Origin: the human T2T-CHM13v2.0 reference genome, Homo sapiens
NCBI RefSeq assembly: GCF_009914755.1
Contig: NC_060936.1
Direction: 5' to 3' (one strand)
DNA length: 64,000 nt
Of this stretch, positions 26,130 through 42,455 are shown piece after piece. The translations under genes were made by a program, and so were the position numbers. Every line of letters begins with the position of its first letter. Position 1 is the stretch's first letter. The notes under the pieces were generated by a model that saw nothing but the letters and a program-made list of their open reading frames with translations, was not told the DNA's origin and did no database searches.

Positions 26130-26780
26130 TAAGACTGACAGCTTGGGTTCCAGAATGAAACGGCTTCCTTCTGCACATACAGGTTATATGGCAAATTAGC
26201 CTCTGTGAACTGCATTTTCTCATCTGTGAGATGCAGGCCATCATGGTGCACAATACAAAGGATTGTTGGAAAGATTAAATGAAATGTTACAGTGCTTGAC
26301 ATTTAGTCATCATTCAGCAAATGTCACCTATAACTAAGTGTAGCTGCTGTAACTGCTGCTATTACTGCTCATTACAGGTGGGAAGTTGACCTGCTGCCTC
26401 CATATTAGGGCTGGGGTCAAACTGATTCATGCATTTAGAGAGAGTTATGAGGGTACCATCTTGAAGAAACCACACAATGTTGGAACACTGTTAATACATC
26501 CATCCACATAATTTTGATCCCTGAGACAAGAAGAATTTATGGGGTTAGAGGCAGTAGAATTTAGGGGTTAGAGCCTGGGCTTTGTGTCAGGCTACTTGGG
26601 CTCAAATCACGGCTCTGAAACTTTCTAAATGCATTATCTTAATTAAGTTATGTAACCTCTTTATTTATCTGTAAAATGAAGATAAAAATTATAACTGACT
26701 AAATGGGTTGTGAAATTTAAAAAGCACATTTTATATAAATCACTAGATAGTTTATGAGACATAGTGCTCAATAAATAAAT
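26130..26780 (+). mobile_element. Two MIR SINEs (about 26130-26330 and 26548-26780)
   Basis: MIR cores ttttctcatctgtgagatg and tatctgtaaaatgaagataa. Confidence 0.7.
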
Positions 26781-27399
26781 ATCAATCAGTGCCTAATATT
26801 CTACTATTCTTTCTGTCAGTATGTTGTAAAAAATAGTAATACAGTTCTCCATTAAAACTATACAAATAAAGCTTATTATTTGTGTTTCATTTCGTCAGTC
26901 ACACAACTGTTCTGATGAACCCCGAACTGAACTCTTTGTCTCATTTAAATCAACCCATAAGAGTAAACTATACACTTTATGGGAAGACTAAAAAAAAAAA
27001 AAAAAAAAAAGTAAGAAGAAAGTGGCTGCAACTTAGATTTACAAGATTTAAGTAAGTGAGGAAAGAGAAAGAGAAACAACAGGAAGCTGAAGACTGGAAA
27101 AAGTGAGAGAAAATGTGGGATGTAAGCTGGCATTTCTTATCACTTGCTCCTAGCAGCTGGCTGCTGGAGAGGAGTAAGAAAAACAGGGCAGCCAGCAAAC
27201 ACCCAGGGCATAAGTTCTCATTCTGAGACCTACCCCCACCATCAATGACACTGTGGCTGCTTGTATCTAGTGCCACAGCACAGATTATGCTGATGTAGTT
27301 CCACACATGCATCCCTTCAGTACACAAATGTGTTGTAGCACTTCCCAGTCTAAATGTGTCTTTTCTTGGTCCATTTTCTTTCCCCAGTTACTATAAATT

Positions 27400-29230
27400 T
27401 TTCTATTGCCATTGACTGCCAAATTTTTAATGTTGTCTTCACTAGTTTCTCCACTATATTACCCACTTCGCTCTGACCTAGCTTTAAATCCCATCACTCC
27501 AGTGAAATCAATCTTGTCTATATCACCAAATTATTTTAATCCACTTCATTAAATGTCAGTAGCAATTACTGAAGTTGTCTACACTCTATTTGTCAAAACA
27601 GTGGCGTTGATGATCACAGTAAGGATTGTGGGTTTTAATTAAAATGTACAGAAAGCCACTGAAAGGATTTTGGCAGGGGAAGCCTCCAATGACACTAGGC
27701 TCTTTGGGCTTTATTCTTACTTCTCTGGTTTCTCCTTGTCAAACAAAATTCTAAATTCCAGTTGTTATAGACTAAATGCTGTGTGCCCTAAAAATTCATA
27801 TTTTGAACCCCTAAATCCCAATGCGATCATATTAGAAGACAGAGTGTTTTGGAGGTAATTAGGTTTAGATATGATTATGAGGGTGAAGCCCCTATTATCA
27901 AACTAGTGCCCATATAAAACAGGAAAGTGGCACTGGAGCTTCTTCCCTCCCCCGTGTGAGGACACACCAAGAAGGCAACTATCTGCAAGCCAGAAAGAGA
28001 GCTTTTACCAAGAACCAAATCTACCAGCCTTTAATCTTGGACTTCCCAGCCTCTAGAATTATGAGCAACAAATGTCTGTTGTTTAAGCCACCTGGTCTGT
28101 GGTATTTTGTTACAGCAGCACAAGTAGACTAAGACGCCGGTGTTCCCCAGAGTTCAGTCCACAGACCTCTTCTCTTTTTTCTCTACACTTCTTCTTGAGG
28201 GGTTTCTACCCAGTTTCATAACCTTATTAAAGGCTACTTACTGTCAATGAGTTTCATATTTGTACTTTTGCAAATTCTCCTCTGAGCTACAGATTTTTAT
28301 AGCAATCTGTTTATCAGACATCTTATTAGACATCTCACAGACACCTCATACTAAATAAGTTTAAAATTTCTCTTTTTTACAGCCCCAATTTTTTCTCCTT
28401 CTTAGACTTCTCTATCTGAAAAAATCATTCCAACAAAACCAGAAAAACTGCTAGTCATCCTTGATTTTTATTCTTCCTCAATCCCCAAGTCCTATCCCTT
28501 AAGTAGTCCTATCAATCCAATGTACAGAATCCAATGTATAGCATCTTCTTTTCATCACTACTGCTGCTCAACTGTACCAACCCACTAACTTGTAACAGAA
28601 AAACTAAAATATGTCCCTCACTGTTATCACATTCACCCTCTTGCCCTCCTTCTCCACTTGCTTCAGCAGACTTCTCTGCTAGTATGGATCATGCCCTTCA
28701 TTACTCCATACTTTTGAAATAAAGCCCAATTTCCTTATTGTGGCCTAAAAATCCCACCATAATCCCGTGCCTTGGCTACACCTCACCTCCACCTCACCTC
28801 ACTCATGGCTCTGACGAGCTCACTGAGTCCCTAGATGCACCGAGCATCTTCCTAATGCCACTGTGTACCAAGCTGTGTCTTACATATGATACTCTTTCTC
28901 TCTGGAACGCTCTTTCTTCTGCTCTTCGTAAGGCAATTGTTTATTAATCCTTCAGACCTCAGCTTAAATGTTGCCTACTCACAGAGTCCTTGTTCACTTC
29001 AAGTATCTTGATTTGACTTATTATTCTATTCCTCAACCATTTGTTCCTTCATTGAATTAAGATAAAATTATTTTATACCTATTTGTTGTTTACCTGTTTG
29101 TTGTTTGTATTTCTGCTAACACAAATAACACAGACATAGGATCTTGTCTCTTGTATTCACTAAGGGATGCTTAGTTCTAGTACATTTCCTGGACTTTGCA
29201 GCACTCAATATGTGAAATGAATGAACTCAA
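27400..29230 (+). mobile_element. L2 LINE remnant running to its 3' end, interrupted by MLT1A
   Basis: Collinear L2 motifs (ctctactactt-type region, gtcatccttgat, ctcagcttaaatgt) and the tail gcactcaata...atgaatgaa. Confidence 0.75.
27763..28136 (+). mobile_element. MLT1A/MLT1A0 solo LTR
   Basis: Runs tgttatagactaaatg...gactaagacg. TSD ccagt / ccggt. Confidence 0.88.
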
Positions 29231-29868
29231 GAATGAAAGAGACATTCAATGTACACTTAAATAGTGAAGTAGGGTGTGCAAATTATAACATTAAACAGGT
29301 TAAACTGTGTTGTTGTGTAGTAGAGTTTCAATATTAAACATAATTGTCATCCAAAAATATTATAGCTCAATTAACAAGTATTTATTGAACCCAGTACCTA
29401 TTCTGTGCCCAAAATACTGCCTGGTGTTATGAAGAAGGTTGAGTAAAAAATAAAATGGTCACTGATTTTAAAGGTTATAATATTTTAGAGGAGCTAAGGT
29501 ATAAACACACAAAACAACTTGAAAAGGATATATAAAATGACTTCATGATGAGAAAAACACCTGTGAAATATGTAATAAAACTTAATGATAGCAAATGAAA
29601 CTTGTCTTTGATGGGAGTGACCTCAAACACCCAAGGCCCTTCAGAAAGGGAGCATCAATGAGAACAGATAAAATAAAAGACAAGTGCAGACTTCACTAAA
29701 ATAGGAAAATTAAATTACCCATATACTTGCACATACAAGGTTCATTTGCCTTGGGAAGTTTTAATACCCACAATTCTGAATTTTTCTATAAGTTATATTA
29801 AAAAGCCAAGGGACATTACTTGAGGATAGCAACTTAAATATAATATATAAATATTTATTAAGAACCTA

Positions 29869-30207
<339 letters not shown>

Positions 30208-30241
30208 CTACCTGGTGTATTGTTACAAAAATGAAAGATAC

Positions 30242-30564
<323 letters not shown>

Positions 30565-30957
30565 GAAGATACAGTACCTACTCACAGAGTGTCCATAGTC
30601 CAGTTGGAGGGAGAAGGAAGGAAGATAATCCTATGAACCTCAAATCAATATACATTGCAACAGGTGGTATGTAAAAGATACAAGCACAATATCTCAGTGA
30701 ATTAATACAATAGATTCTTGGGGAGTAAAGATTTTCTCCACACAGAGCCAAAGACCCTTACTGAAAGGTAAAAATGCAAAAACTCAAACCAAACAAGGTG
30801 ATTCAGTTGATTATTTTGTCATGATGCATGACTGTCTCATCAGCCAGTTGAATTTTCCACTGTAGTAATCATTTTTACTGAAAAATAGGTTCTCTTTTGT
30901 AGAAACTGTAGTTTATAGGAAATCATTTGAGTCACACATTAAGTCATGTTCTAAAGT

Positions 30958-31178
30958 TTCAGTGTCCAATTCAGCAGCTACTAGTCACAGATAGGTATTT
31001 AGCACTTGAAATGTGGCTATTTGCCACGTGTTAAAATGATATTTTGGATATATTGATTTAAACAAAAATATACTATTAAAAGTATTTTTTTATTTATTTT
31101 TCTTATTTCAAAATGGGACTTTTCAAAAATTTGAAACTGCATGTGTATCTCACATTGTATTTCTACTGGGCAATGCTG
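30958..31178. mobile_element. MER33 hAT-Charlie MITE (internally deleted)
   Basis: Motifs gcacttgaaatgtggcta...tattttggatatattg...tatttctactgggcaatgctg. Confidence 0.75.
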
Positions 31179-31684
31179 CTCTAAAAAGTTTATGAAACAA
31201 GTTAATACTATTTTTCAGGAATAGGATGGGACCAACTTAGAAGATTAGACATTGTCCAATACGGAGTTTGCAAAATTCTTTCTAAAACAATATGTAATAT
31301 AAATAAGGAAGCATAAAAGTTTAACACTATGTACTGCATAAGTATTGTCTTATCCATGTGGGAAAGCACTGAGCACTTTTAAAAATATGGTTCCATCTAG
31401 GGAGGCTATATTACATATTTTCAATTAAATTTGAAATGCATTTACAGTATTGTGCTACTGTAGCAGAGAACTTCATAACTATCTTTACTGTTACTTTTAT
31501 GAAGCTATTTATTGTGCTACTTTTGTTGCTTCCACAACCTTAAAAATTATACAAAAATGCATATATTTTTTATTTATGTATAATACTTTCCATTTGAATT
31601 CATTGATTTCTAATAGAACTTTTTTATAAGTTAAAGCTAAAGAGAAAAGTCTAAATAAACATCAGGTAGAAATGTATAGTAATA

Positions 31685-33292
<1,608 letters not shown>

Positions 33293-34566
33293 AGAAATGT
33301 ATAGTAATAATATACATTGTGTTTATTTTTATGTTTTTAATTGGAAGAAAAATTTTAAAAACAGAGGGTGGTATATAATTTAAAACCAAATTGAAAATGG
33401 CTTCAGATGTTCAGCATCTATTTGTAAACCAAACTAAAGATATGGAGACTCATCCACCAATTATTGTAAAATTTTAAAGAATGAAATTAGAATTTACTTT
33501 TAACTTAGTGAACCTCATGCAAAAAGTTTTCTTAAGTTATTTTGAAAAAAAAGTATTACTTGTAAAAGAATTATAACTGAGATTTATGTAGCTGAGTTAA
33601 CATGAAGCAATAGTGACATGCAATAGCATTAAACTAAGTGGATAGTTACACTAGTTCTGTGAAGTGTCTTAAAACTGATTGTTACTATCTACTTTGTTTA
33701 GGGAATCTCTGTTAATATAAGAGACTCAGTTTACAACCTTCTTCAAATGATTAGGAATAACACAGCTGTTAAAATGCATGAGATTACACTGTAATAGCAT
33801 TCTTTACCTAATAACAAATCAGGCCACAAATACTAATGAACATAATCACTGGGCCCTTAATGGAAGATGTCTGCTAATTTTGAAAGCTTTACAATTAGCT
33901 GTGATTCAATGAACCTGAATCCATGCTAAATTAAACTGTTAGGGAAGACAAAACAGTGTTGTTTCAGGCAGGCAATGCTAAAGGTTCTAACTGAATTTTC
34001 TCAAGGCAAGGTAATTTTAAAGATAAAATTGTTCTCTTCTTTTGTTACTGTAAAAGTGAAGCTCTGCTTCATTTATAAATTGTACTCAGATTAAAAACCC
34101 CCTTTTATTTTATTTTTTAAATTAATAACCTACCAGAGCCATCGGACTGCCAATGTTTCAAACCTTCTCTCTCATCTTTCTTATTGTTCAGGTTCCTCAC
34201 ATAGGGCTTCTTTCTGCCCAGCTCTGCAAGCCTATTCCAGCCTTAGAATCCTTACCCTTGCTGTTCCCTCTTCCTAGAAGGCTCTGCTCCTTGCTCCTCT
34301 CATAAATGGCTCCTTTTCATTTAAGTCTCAGTTCAAAGACAGCATTCCAGAGTTTTCTTTTAAAGTGCTCACCACTTCCCCTAATGTAGGAAGGGAATTA
34401 TTCCTTTCTTTTTGTCAGATCCATCATCAAATTTTGATTTATTTTGTTAATTTTTTTGCTTGTTTATTGTTGGATTTTCCATTATGGAAACTACACTCCA
34501 TGAGAGCATAAACCATTATTTAGATAATAACTGCCATAAACAAACTACCATTAACAAATGGTTGGT

Positions 34567-34608
34567 ACACACACACACACGCATGCATACCACACATACA
34601 CACACACA
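34567..34608. repeat. Interrupted (CA)n microsatellite
   Basis: Directly visible. Confidence 0.9.
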
Positions 34609-34649
34609 TAGACTCACAAATAAATATATTTGTAAATATGTCATATATA

Positions 34650-35360
34650 TTTTACAAAGTTAATTTTTTTGCTATTTGCTAGCAAGGTTTTTTCTATTAA
34701 AAATATATTATGAGAGCTTTCAAAGTCAATAAGCAGATCCCTGTAGCAAATTTATAACAGCTATAGGGTGTTCCACCATTTCAGTACACTAGATTATCAA
34801 ATCTCCTGTGTTGAATACTTATATTAGCACCATACTTTTTTACTACTATAAATAGTAGTTTGTCTCTTATTTTTTAAATAGATATTTTTCACTTGCCTGA
34901 TTGTTTTCTCAGGATAAATCCCTGTAAATTAAATTGCTAAATAAATAAGAATATACATATTTTAAATTATGGCTCATATTGCCATACTGTCTTCCCAAAA
35001 TATTTTACCAGTTTCTTCTTAAATAAACATTATATAAATCTTGGCCATATTGAAATTATGAATACTTGCCAATTCAATAGGGGATAATATATAATTTCTT
35101 TTTTAATAAATTATGGCCTTTGCCTATTCTTCTACTGGAAAGTTTATTTTTTGTTGATTTCTAAGATCTATTCACATATTAAGACTTTAATATCTATAGT
35201 AAAATTACTCTCAGTTATAAATACTTTTCCAATATTTATATGTATTTTATATATCTTGGGGCATATATCTTTAGTTGCTTTACAGTAAAATCTGTTTTCC
35301 CTTCAGGATTTTTGAGTTTAGTATTAACTTTAAAAATGGGCACCTTCCACCCAAGACTAT
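34650..35360 (-). mobile_element. Ancient L1ME-type 3' fragment
   Basis: Motifs aggataaatccc...aattgct...catattgccatactgtcttcc. Confidence 0.55.
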
Positions 35361-35597
35361 GAAAATTGCACACTCTCTCTCACACACACACATACACACA
35401 CACAATGTACATCTAATACTTATCACACATGTACATGCTATATATTGTATTTATAAAATATTTTATATTTCCAAAAACTGTTGTAATGTTTTAGATTTAA
35501 ATATTTAATCAAGAAGTTTTAAATTTTGTTTAATCAACATGTAATAATTACAGTGACATGTAAATGATGTACAGTATAATACATGCAGGTATAAATA

Positions 35598-35956
35598 TAG
35601 TTTGAGTATTTCTTATCTGAAATGCTTAAAATCAGAAGTGTTTCAGATTGAGTATTTTTTAGGATTTTGGAATATTTACATATACATAATGAGATATCTG
35701 TGATCAGCACCCAAGTCTAAACACAAAATTCATTTATGTTTCATATACATCTTATACACATAGAACTGAGATATTTTCATATAATATTTTAAATAATTTT
35801 ATGCATGAAACAAAGTTTTGACTGTGTTTTGACTGCAACCTGTCACATGAGGTCAGGTATGGAATTTTTCACTTGTGACATCAGTCAGCACTCAAAAAGT
35901 TTTGGGTGTTGGAGCATTTGGGATTTCAGAATTGCACATTAGCTATGCTCAATCTG
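35598..35956. mobile_element. Tigger4b/MER46-type TcMar MITE
   Basis: About 360 bp with TIRs tagtttgagtat / atgctcaatctg, each flanked by TA. Internal motif acccaagtctaaacacaaaattcatttatgtttcatata. Confidence 0.88.
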
Positions 35957-36004
35957 TATGTATATCCACCTGAATTTTCTTTAAACACTACTAAGGTTTT
36001 GCTA

Positions 36005-36352
<348 letters not shown>

Positions 36353-36408
36353 TTATGGGAGCTATAAATAGAAAGTATTATCTCTCTCAATTGGCTTTGA
36401 TCATTATA

Positions 36409-36557
36409 AACACACACATACACATAGAAACACACACATCCACCGTTTAACCCACAGAAATGAAATGCCAAGATTTTCATGCATTGTAAATCCCCATATA
36501 AACTAAACTATATGAACTAATTATAGAATACTATCTATCTATTTATCTATCTATCTA
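36409..36557. repeat. (CA)n at 36409-36438 and (TATC)n at 36530-36557
   Basis: Directly visible. Confidence 0.85.
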
Positions 36558-38224
36558 TGTAGTCATTTCTAGATTCTCTATTATCTCCTATTGTTTCTTC
36601 ATTGATCCCAGTATAATTATTGTGCTATAGTAATAACACCTGTATACCTGGTGGTGGGCAATTCTACACTTACCATTCAGAATTGTCCCATTTCCACATA
36701 GTTTTTGTTTGTGAATGAATACAAATAAGAATGGTTTTCTACTTAATACTTGCCTATTAGTGCCAACATCAGCTTGACTCTACTAAAAGGCACACAAGTG
36801 TATCTTTCCGTCTCTGTGGTGAAGCTTCTCTTTTGGGATGGGCTATACTTACATTTTTTTTTTTTTAATTAGGAGGAATATTTCCAAATGTCCTTCAGCA
36901 AGCCAGTATGGTACCTTATCAGTGCCCCAATGCAAAGCTCCAAAGCAAACAAAGGAAAACTCTACTGTAAGTGCTCAAATAACCATTTCTTATACTTCTG
37001 ATACAATGAAAAAAAAAATTTCTTCAAAATTTTTCAGTTGCATGAGAAAATAATAATTCAACATTGTGCAAAAGAAGATTATATTAGAATATTTTACAAA
37101 AGTCATTCTCATACGTTTTATACTTACAGATATATTATATTTTTAAAACATTATTTTAAAGGAGAATTAACATCAATTATACTAATATGTTCTGTGTAAA
37201 ACAACTTAGCACCACTTTTTTAAAAAGGCATTAATTCAATAACTACTATGCTGGTTGAAAGAAAAAGCAAAATTTGAGTTTCACATAACATTGGTCTCAT
37301 TTTCATCCTGAATTTTAAACAAAAGTCTATAAACAAGATTAGAGAAATCGTTTTATAAATTTGAATGTTGAGATTTATATAAATATGCCATTATAAGAGT
37401 TTGATACAAAGTACTTAATATTTTCTATTGATATGTTCCAAAGAGAACCTCACAAAGAATATTTTTTCTGTATGGCAGGAAAAATGCTAAAATCCCTTAA
37501 TTGCAAATGTGAATTTCCCAGCTGACATTAATTTTGGTTTATAAGGATGCACATTAAAAGCAGTGTTGCCTAAGCTCCTAAATATAAACTTAGAGTAAGA
37601 GTTTAGTAATAAGTATCAGTTATAGAGGCTATGTGTATAGGTTGCATTTTAGAATTCCTTGGTGTTTTTAGTCATGACTAATGAACAGCCCACTCTCAAA
37701 TATATTCTGAAGGTAGATAGTTTGAAACATCGTGATTTAACAGGTGCCTTACTGGGTGACTCAGCCCCTTCACTCTGACTCTAACAATAACATAAAAGGA
37801 TTTTTTTTTTTAAGTGGGACATCACTTTTTTTTTTTTAATCAAGCACAAAAAAAGACTCTTACGCTTTCAATTGTGCTGTCTTTAACTTGGATTATGGAA
37901 CTGCCACCTCGTCAGTTCTCAAGTTCTCTTTAAATGTTCTGATATTTTCAACCACATCTCCAAGAGAAGTGATGGTGTGACTAGAGTCTCACTAAATAAT
38001 GAAAGCTTGCTTTATTTTATAAGTTAACTGTTCTAAAGGCAAGGGCTGGAGCCTACATCTCAAAGTCTAAAATGTCACGATTAACTTTTTTCATTTTCTT
38101 TGTCTTCTTTGCTCATAATACAATTAAATATTATGCCAAATTTTTACCTGTGTGATACATAGCCATGATTAATATTTTTGAAATGATTTTAATACTTTAG
38201 TACAAAATTATTAGAAAATATGAT

Positions 38225-38460
38225 AAATAATAATACAGCTTTTTTGGGGGGGTCTGATTGAATGCTAAGAGCTTTAAGCACATTAATTTAATTAAGCTTC
38301 AAAGCAAACTTATGAGGCTGGTACTATTTGTATTCCTCTTTGACATATGAGAAAATTGACACACCAAAAAATTAAGACACTTGCCCAAGGCCACCCAGCT
38401 AAGAGTAACAAAATTGGGACTCAAAGTCAGGAAGACTGCTTTTGCTATATACTCTGGAAG
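38225..38460 (-). mobile_element. MIR SINE
   Basis: Core acttgcccaaggccacccagct. Confidence 0.75.
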
Positions 38461-38834
38461 AGTATGATCTCTAGTTAGATACAAAGTGCTTAATAATTTC
38501 TATTGATAGGTCTCAAAGAGAACCTTACAAATAATGTTGTTTCTGTATATGAAAAAATGCTTTAGTACCTTTAATTAACTAATACTCTTCTACAGCTTCC
38601 ATAGTCTGCAATTATGGCAGGGTCATAATGAAAATAAAAGAGACACCATTTCCTTTACCCAGCAATGCCAATTCCTACAGTTATACAGCAACCCCAATTC
38701 AATCACTCCTAGTTCTGGAAGTCCCAGTGTGCTAGTGGTGTCTCATAGGCTTGCTAATGTAGGTATCCTATAGCATATTGTTCAGGTCACTGCTATGAAG
38801 TTTATTGCTGTCTAATTTTACTCTTGGGTTAACC

Positions 38835-39730
38835 TGATTCACTCATCAAAAAAATTGATTGTGTCTGTAACTATTCCCATCATTGAGAAAATAGTGGAGA
38901 ACAAAACTAAATCCTTGTTCTTATAAAGCTTATATTCTAGAGAAATGTGAACAGTGACAATTTGTCTGTTAGTAATAAATGCTGTTGATGAAAAAGTCGA
39001 AGATAGAGGATATCATTTTATGCAGAATGGTAGGGGTAGGTCTCAATAATAAGATGACATTTGGAACAAAGACCTTAATGAAATGAGGAACGATCTGTGA
39101 AGATCACTGGAAGAAGACTATTTTAGGAAGAGTTCTGAGGACCATCCAGGGGACCAGCGTAATTGGAGAAAAGAAAACAAAGAGGTAAGTAGTATGTGGT
39201 CAGAGAGAGAGAGGTGGTCAGACCAAATGGTAAATATGTATAGAAGCATAAATATGTCCTTATATACATATAATAAGTAGATACATTCATACACACTTTC
39301 ATGCATTCAATTCTATGTATTGAAGGTAGAGCAAAGATGATTAAGTGCTGGCTGATATATTTTGGGGGAGAAAGAAAATTAAATCTAGGATGACTTCGAA
39401 ATTCTGGCCTAAGCAACTAAAAGAATGGGATCTATTACAAAGGTATGAAAGGCAGCTGAGTGAGCAATTTCTTAGAAGGTGAATGAGAATTAGGTATTCA
39501 AGTTATAAACATTTTAGGCTTGATATTCCTATTTAATGTCAAAGGAAGATATTAAACAACCAGTTGCCAATGTGAGTCTTCCTTGAGGAGGAATAAAACA
39601 TCTAGGGTTGCCACGTTGTGAATTATATTGAATGCCCTCGAATAGATAAGCACACCCTCAGAGTGGTTATAGAAAGAAAAGGCAGAAGACCAGCCTTGGA
39701 TATGTTGATATTTTGAAGCTGGGAAGATAT
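38835..39730 (-). mobile_element. L2 LINE remnant
   Basis: Antisense L2 motifs (aagcttatattctag, gatgacatttggaacaaagacc, tctggcctaagcaact). Confidence 0.7.
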
Positions 39731-41623
39731 GAAAGTGGTTATTTTGTTAGACTCTGAAGAAATAGAGGGTCTGAGTATCCTTCAGACAATATCCCATAAT
39801 ATGTTTTGCAAAAACAGTTTTCATAAAACATATGTGGTTGATTTCATGGAGATATTGTACTTTAATTACAACTGTGGTAAGACCCTTTGACTTTAGCAAT
39901 GAACCAAAATGAATATAAGGGTATTCTTTTATGCAAATAAAAGCTCTATTTATGAGGACATATATGTTAATGCTTGATAGGAATTGCTCTAGCAGCACAT
40001 GTCAGCTCTTAACATTTCGAGGAGGTAGTGGTAGAGGATTTGATATATAATTATCTGTAAATAGTCAATGGGTGTTAATGAAGTGGAAAGTTTGTTCCAA
40101 ACTCCCTATGTCATTCTTCTTCATATTAAACTGGCAGACAAGAGGAGGTCAAATTGTTAAAGAAATAGATGTACTCCTTGGTCCTAATTTTACAAGATGG
40201 CACAAGAACCCTGGAACATACATTCAAATTTCTCAATATACAGAGTACAAAATAGAAATAACACAATTTGTACATAGGATTCTAGTCCTAGGAATACTCT
40301 TTGTACATTTGGTAAGACTGTGTGAACTGTTTATCTTCATTCACTTCTTTTCCCATTTATTAATCTTAAGAGAATTTAATTATATCAATAGCTGAATCTA
40401 CTACATGTTAATACATATTAATAGCGAAATCGGTATGTGTTCTTAAATTTGTGCTTGTGCTCTATGGTTTGTATACAGAATAATTTATTTTTTAAGTAGG
40501 AGATTGCAAATAAAATTACATTTTCTCAGATGATATCAGATTAAGCCTCAGGTGAAGAAAAGCTACTGGATATGAGCAGGTTAGGATATGGTCAAGCTTT
40601 ACGTGCTTTTTCTCAGCTTTTTTCCCCCAGTAAGATTAAGGTGATGTCCATAACAATGGTCAGAGGAATACATTTGCTCTCAGTTTCCATGAATATAAAC
40701 TTTAATGCTTGGGTGAATAATGAGAAATATATTTGTAATTTTAGAATGTTTTGCAAGCTGCATGTATAAAACTTTGTCAAGGAAATCTATATCACATAAA
40801 ACAATCGTACAATCACGATAAAAGTATATTCCCATGAAATTTAGAAAAGCTAATGGCATTATGCTCCCTTGATTTCATATTATCTTGTCTTTTTTACTAT
40901 TAAAAATTAAATAATTAAAATCAAATTTGGACTATTATTGTGAACACAATTATAGTTTCTTACAAATGACTGACCTTAATAAACAATTTTTTTAAATTTT
41001 AACTCACAGTTCAATTAAAAACTTTAATTAGAACTGGAATAAATTTATTAAATTTTCTGTAACAAATATTTAATATATTTATTGAGTAAATAAATTAATA
41101 ACATGTAATATTCATATAGTTTCAGAAATACTTTGTTTTAATATTAATAGGTAAGATCATAACTAGTAATAATGGCTAATTGTTCATTTATTACCATTAA
41201 GTTTATATTTATCTACATATAATGTAGAATAACAATTTTTATAAGTATTAAATTATAATCTAAATACATAAAGTTTGTTCTAGAATGTGAACCAAAGCTA
41301 CAAAATTAATTTTACTGATTTCATCCACTGTATTGCCTTATTTTCTATGTGAACAAAGAGCTGGATCAGCAAAACATTTGGATGAGTTGTAGTTTGTGTT
41401 GCCAAAGAAGAGCATAGAGCTAATTAGCCTATATAGGAAATAAGCTCATGCTTTTCAACTCTTTAGAACTATAGTCTAAATACTGAGATAGTAAAATTGC
41501 CAAACAGTCCATAAAATTTGCATGACATTTATTTAAAATATCAAGTATAATCCATGGTGATTGAGATTCTATTTCTCACCCAGAAGTTCTTCAACTAGAT
41601 AGTAAAATACTTGGAAAGTACCA

Positions 41624-41658
41624 ACACACACACACACACACACACACAAGCACACACA
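41624..41658. repeat. (CA)n microsatellite, read as (UG)n in PPFIA2 pre-mRNA
   Basis: Directly visible. Confidence 0.95.
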
Positions 41659-42137
41659 TAGGGCGTTCTCTTCACACTGTCGGTGGAAAACACGAAAGCA
41701 AAAATAAATGCCTAAAAATGCATGTTAGAAGTGATGCTTTAAACGTAGTTTTGTTACTGGACTTACACCTGTGAAGTCAGAAAAACTTCTTGGAAGCTTT
41801 TGTTACATTTTCATGTATTTCACTTTTTAAAATTATTACTTCTGTTAGCAGATTTGTGCTAAAAATGTCTTCCTAGGTAAGACAGCAAATGTGCTCAGAA
41901 AGAGGTGCGAATGCTTTGGATAAATAAATGTTACCAGCTAGACAAGCAGCAGCTGGTAACCAGAAAAAAGGAAGTTCCCACCAGGAAAGAAAAAAGATTT
42001 TTCTGAATAGAATAAGTCAGAAAAAAAAAATGACAAGGTATGGCATCATAGGCCTTGTTGAACTAAAGACATTTCATGATCTGAAGTAATGTAATTGTAA
42101 GAATCCATGAGATAGTGGGACAACATGGGAGTTTAAT

Positions 42138-42455
42138 CTGGGGTCAGCAAGCTTTTTCTGTAGTGGGCCAGATAGCAAATATTTTAGTCTATGTAGGCTA
42201 CATACTCTCTGTTGCAACTATTCAAATTTGCTTTTGTACCAAGAAAGCAGTCATACACATTATATAAATGAATGATTATGGCTGAGTTCCAATACAACTT
42301 TATGGATGCTGAAATTTGCATTTCATATAATTTTGATGTGGCATGAAACAGTGTTCTTCTTTTGTTCTTTTCAACCCTTTAAAAATGTAACAAGTGTTCT
42401 TATCTTATGGGTGATGTCCAGATTTGGCCCATAGATCATAGTTTGCTAGCTTCAG
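42138..42455. mobile_element. MER58B hAT-Charlie MITE
   Basis: Motifs ggggtcagcaa...gggccagatag..aatattttag...gatttggccc...tagtttgc. Confidence 0.85.
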
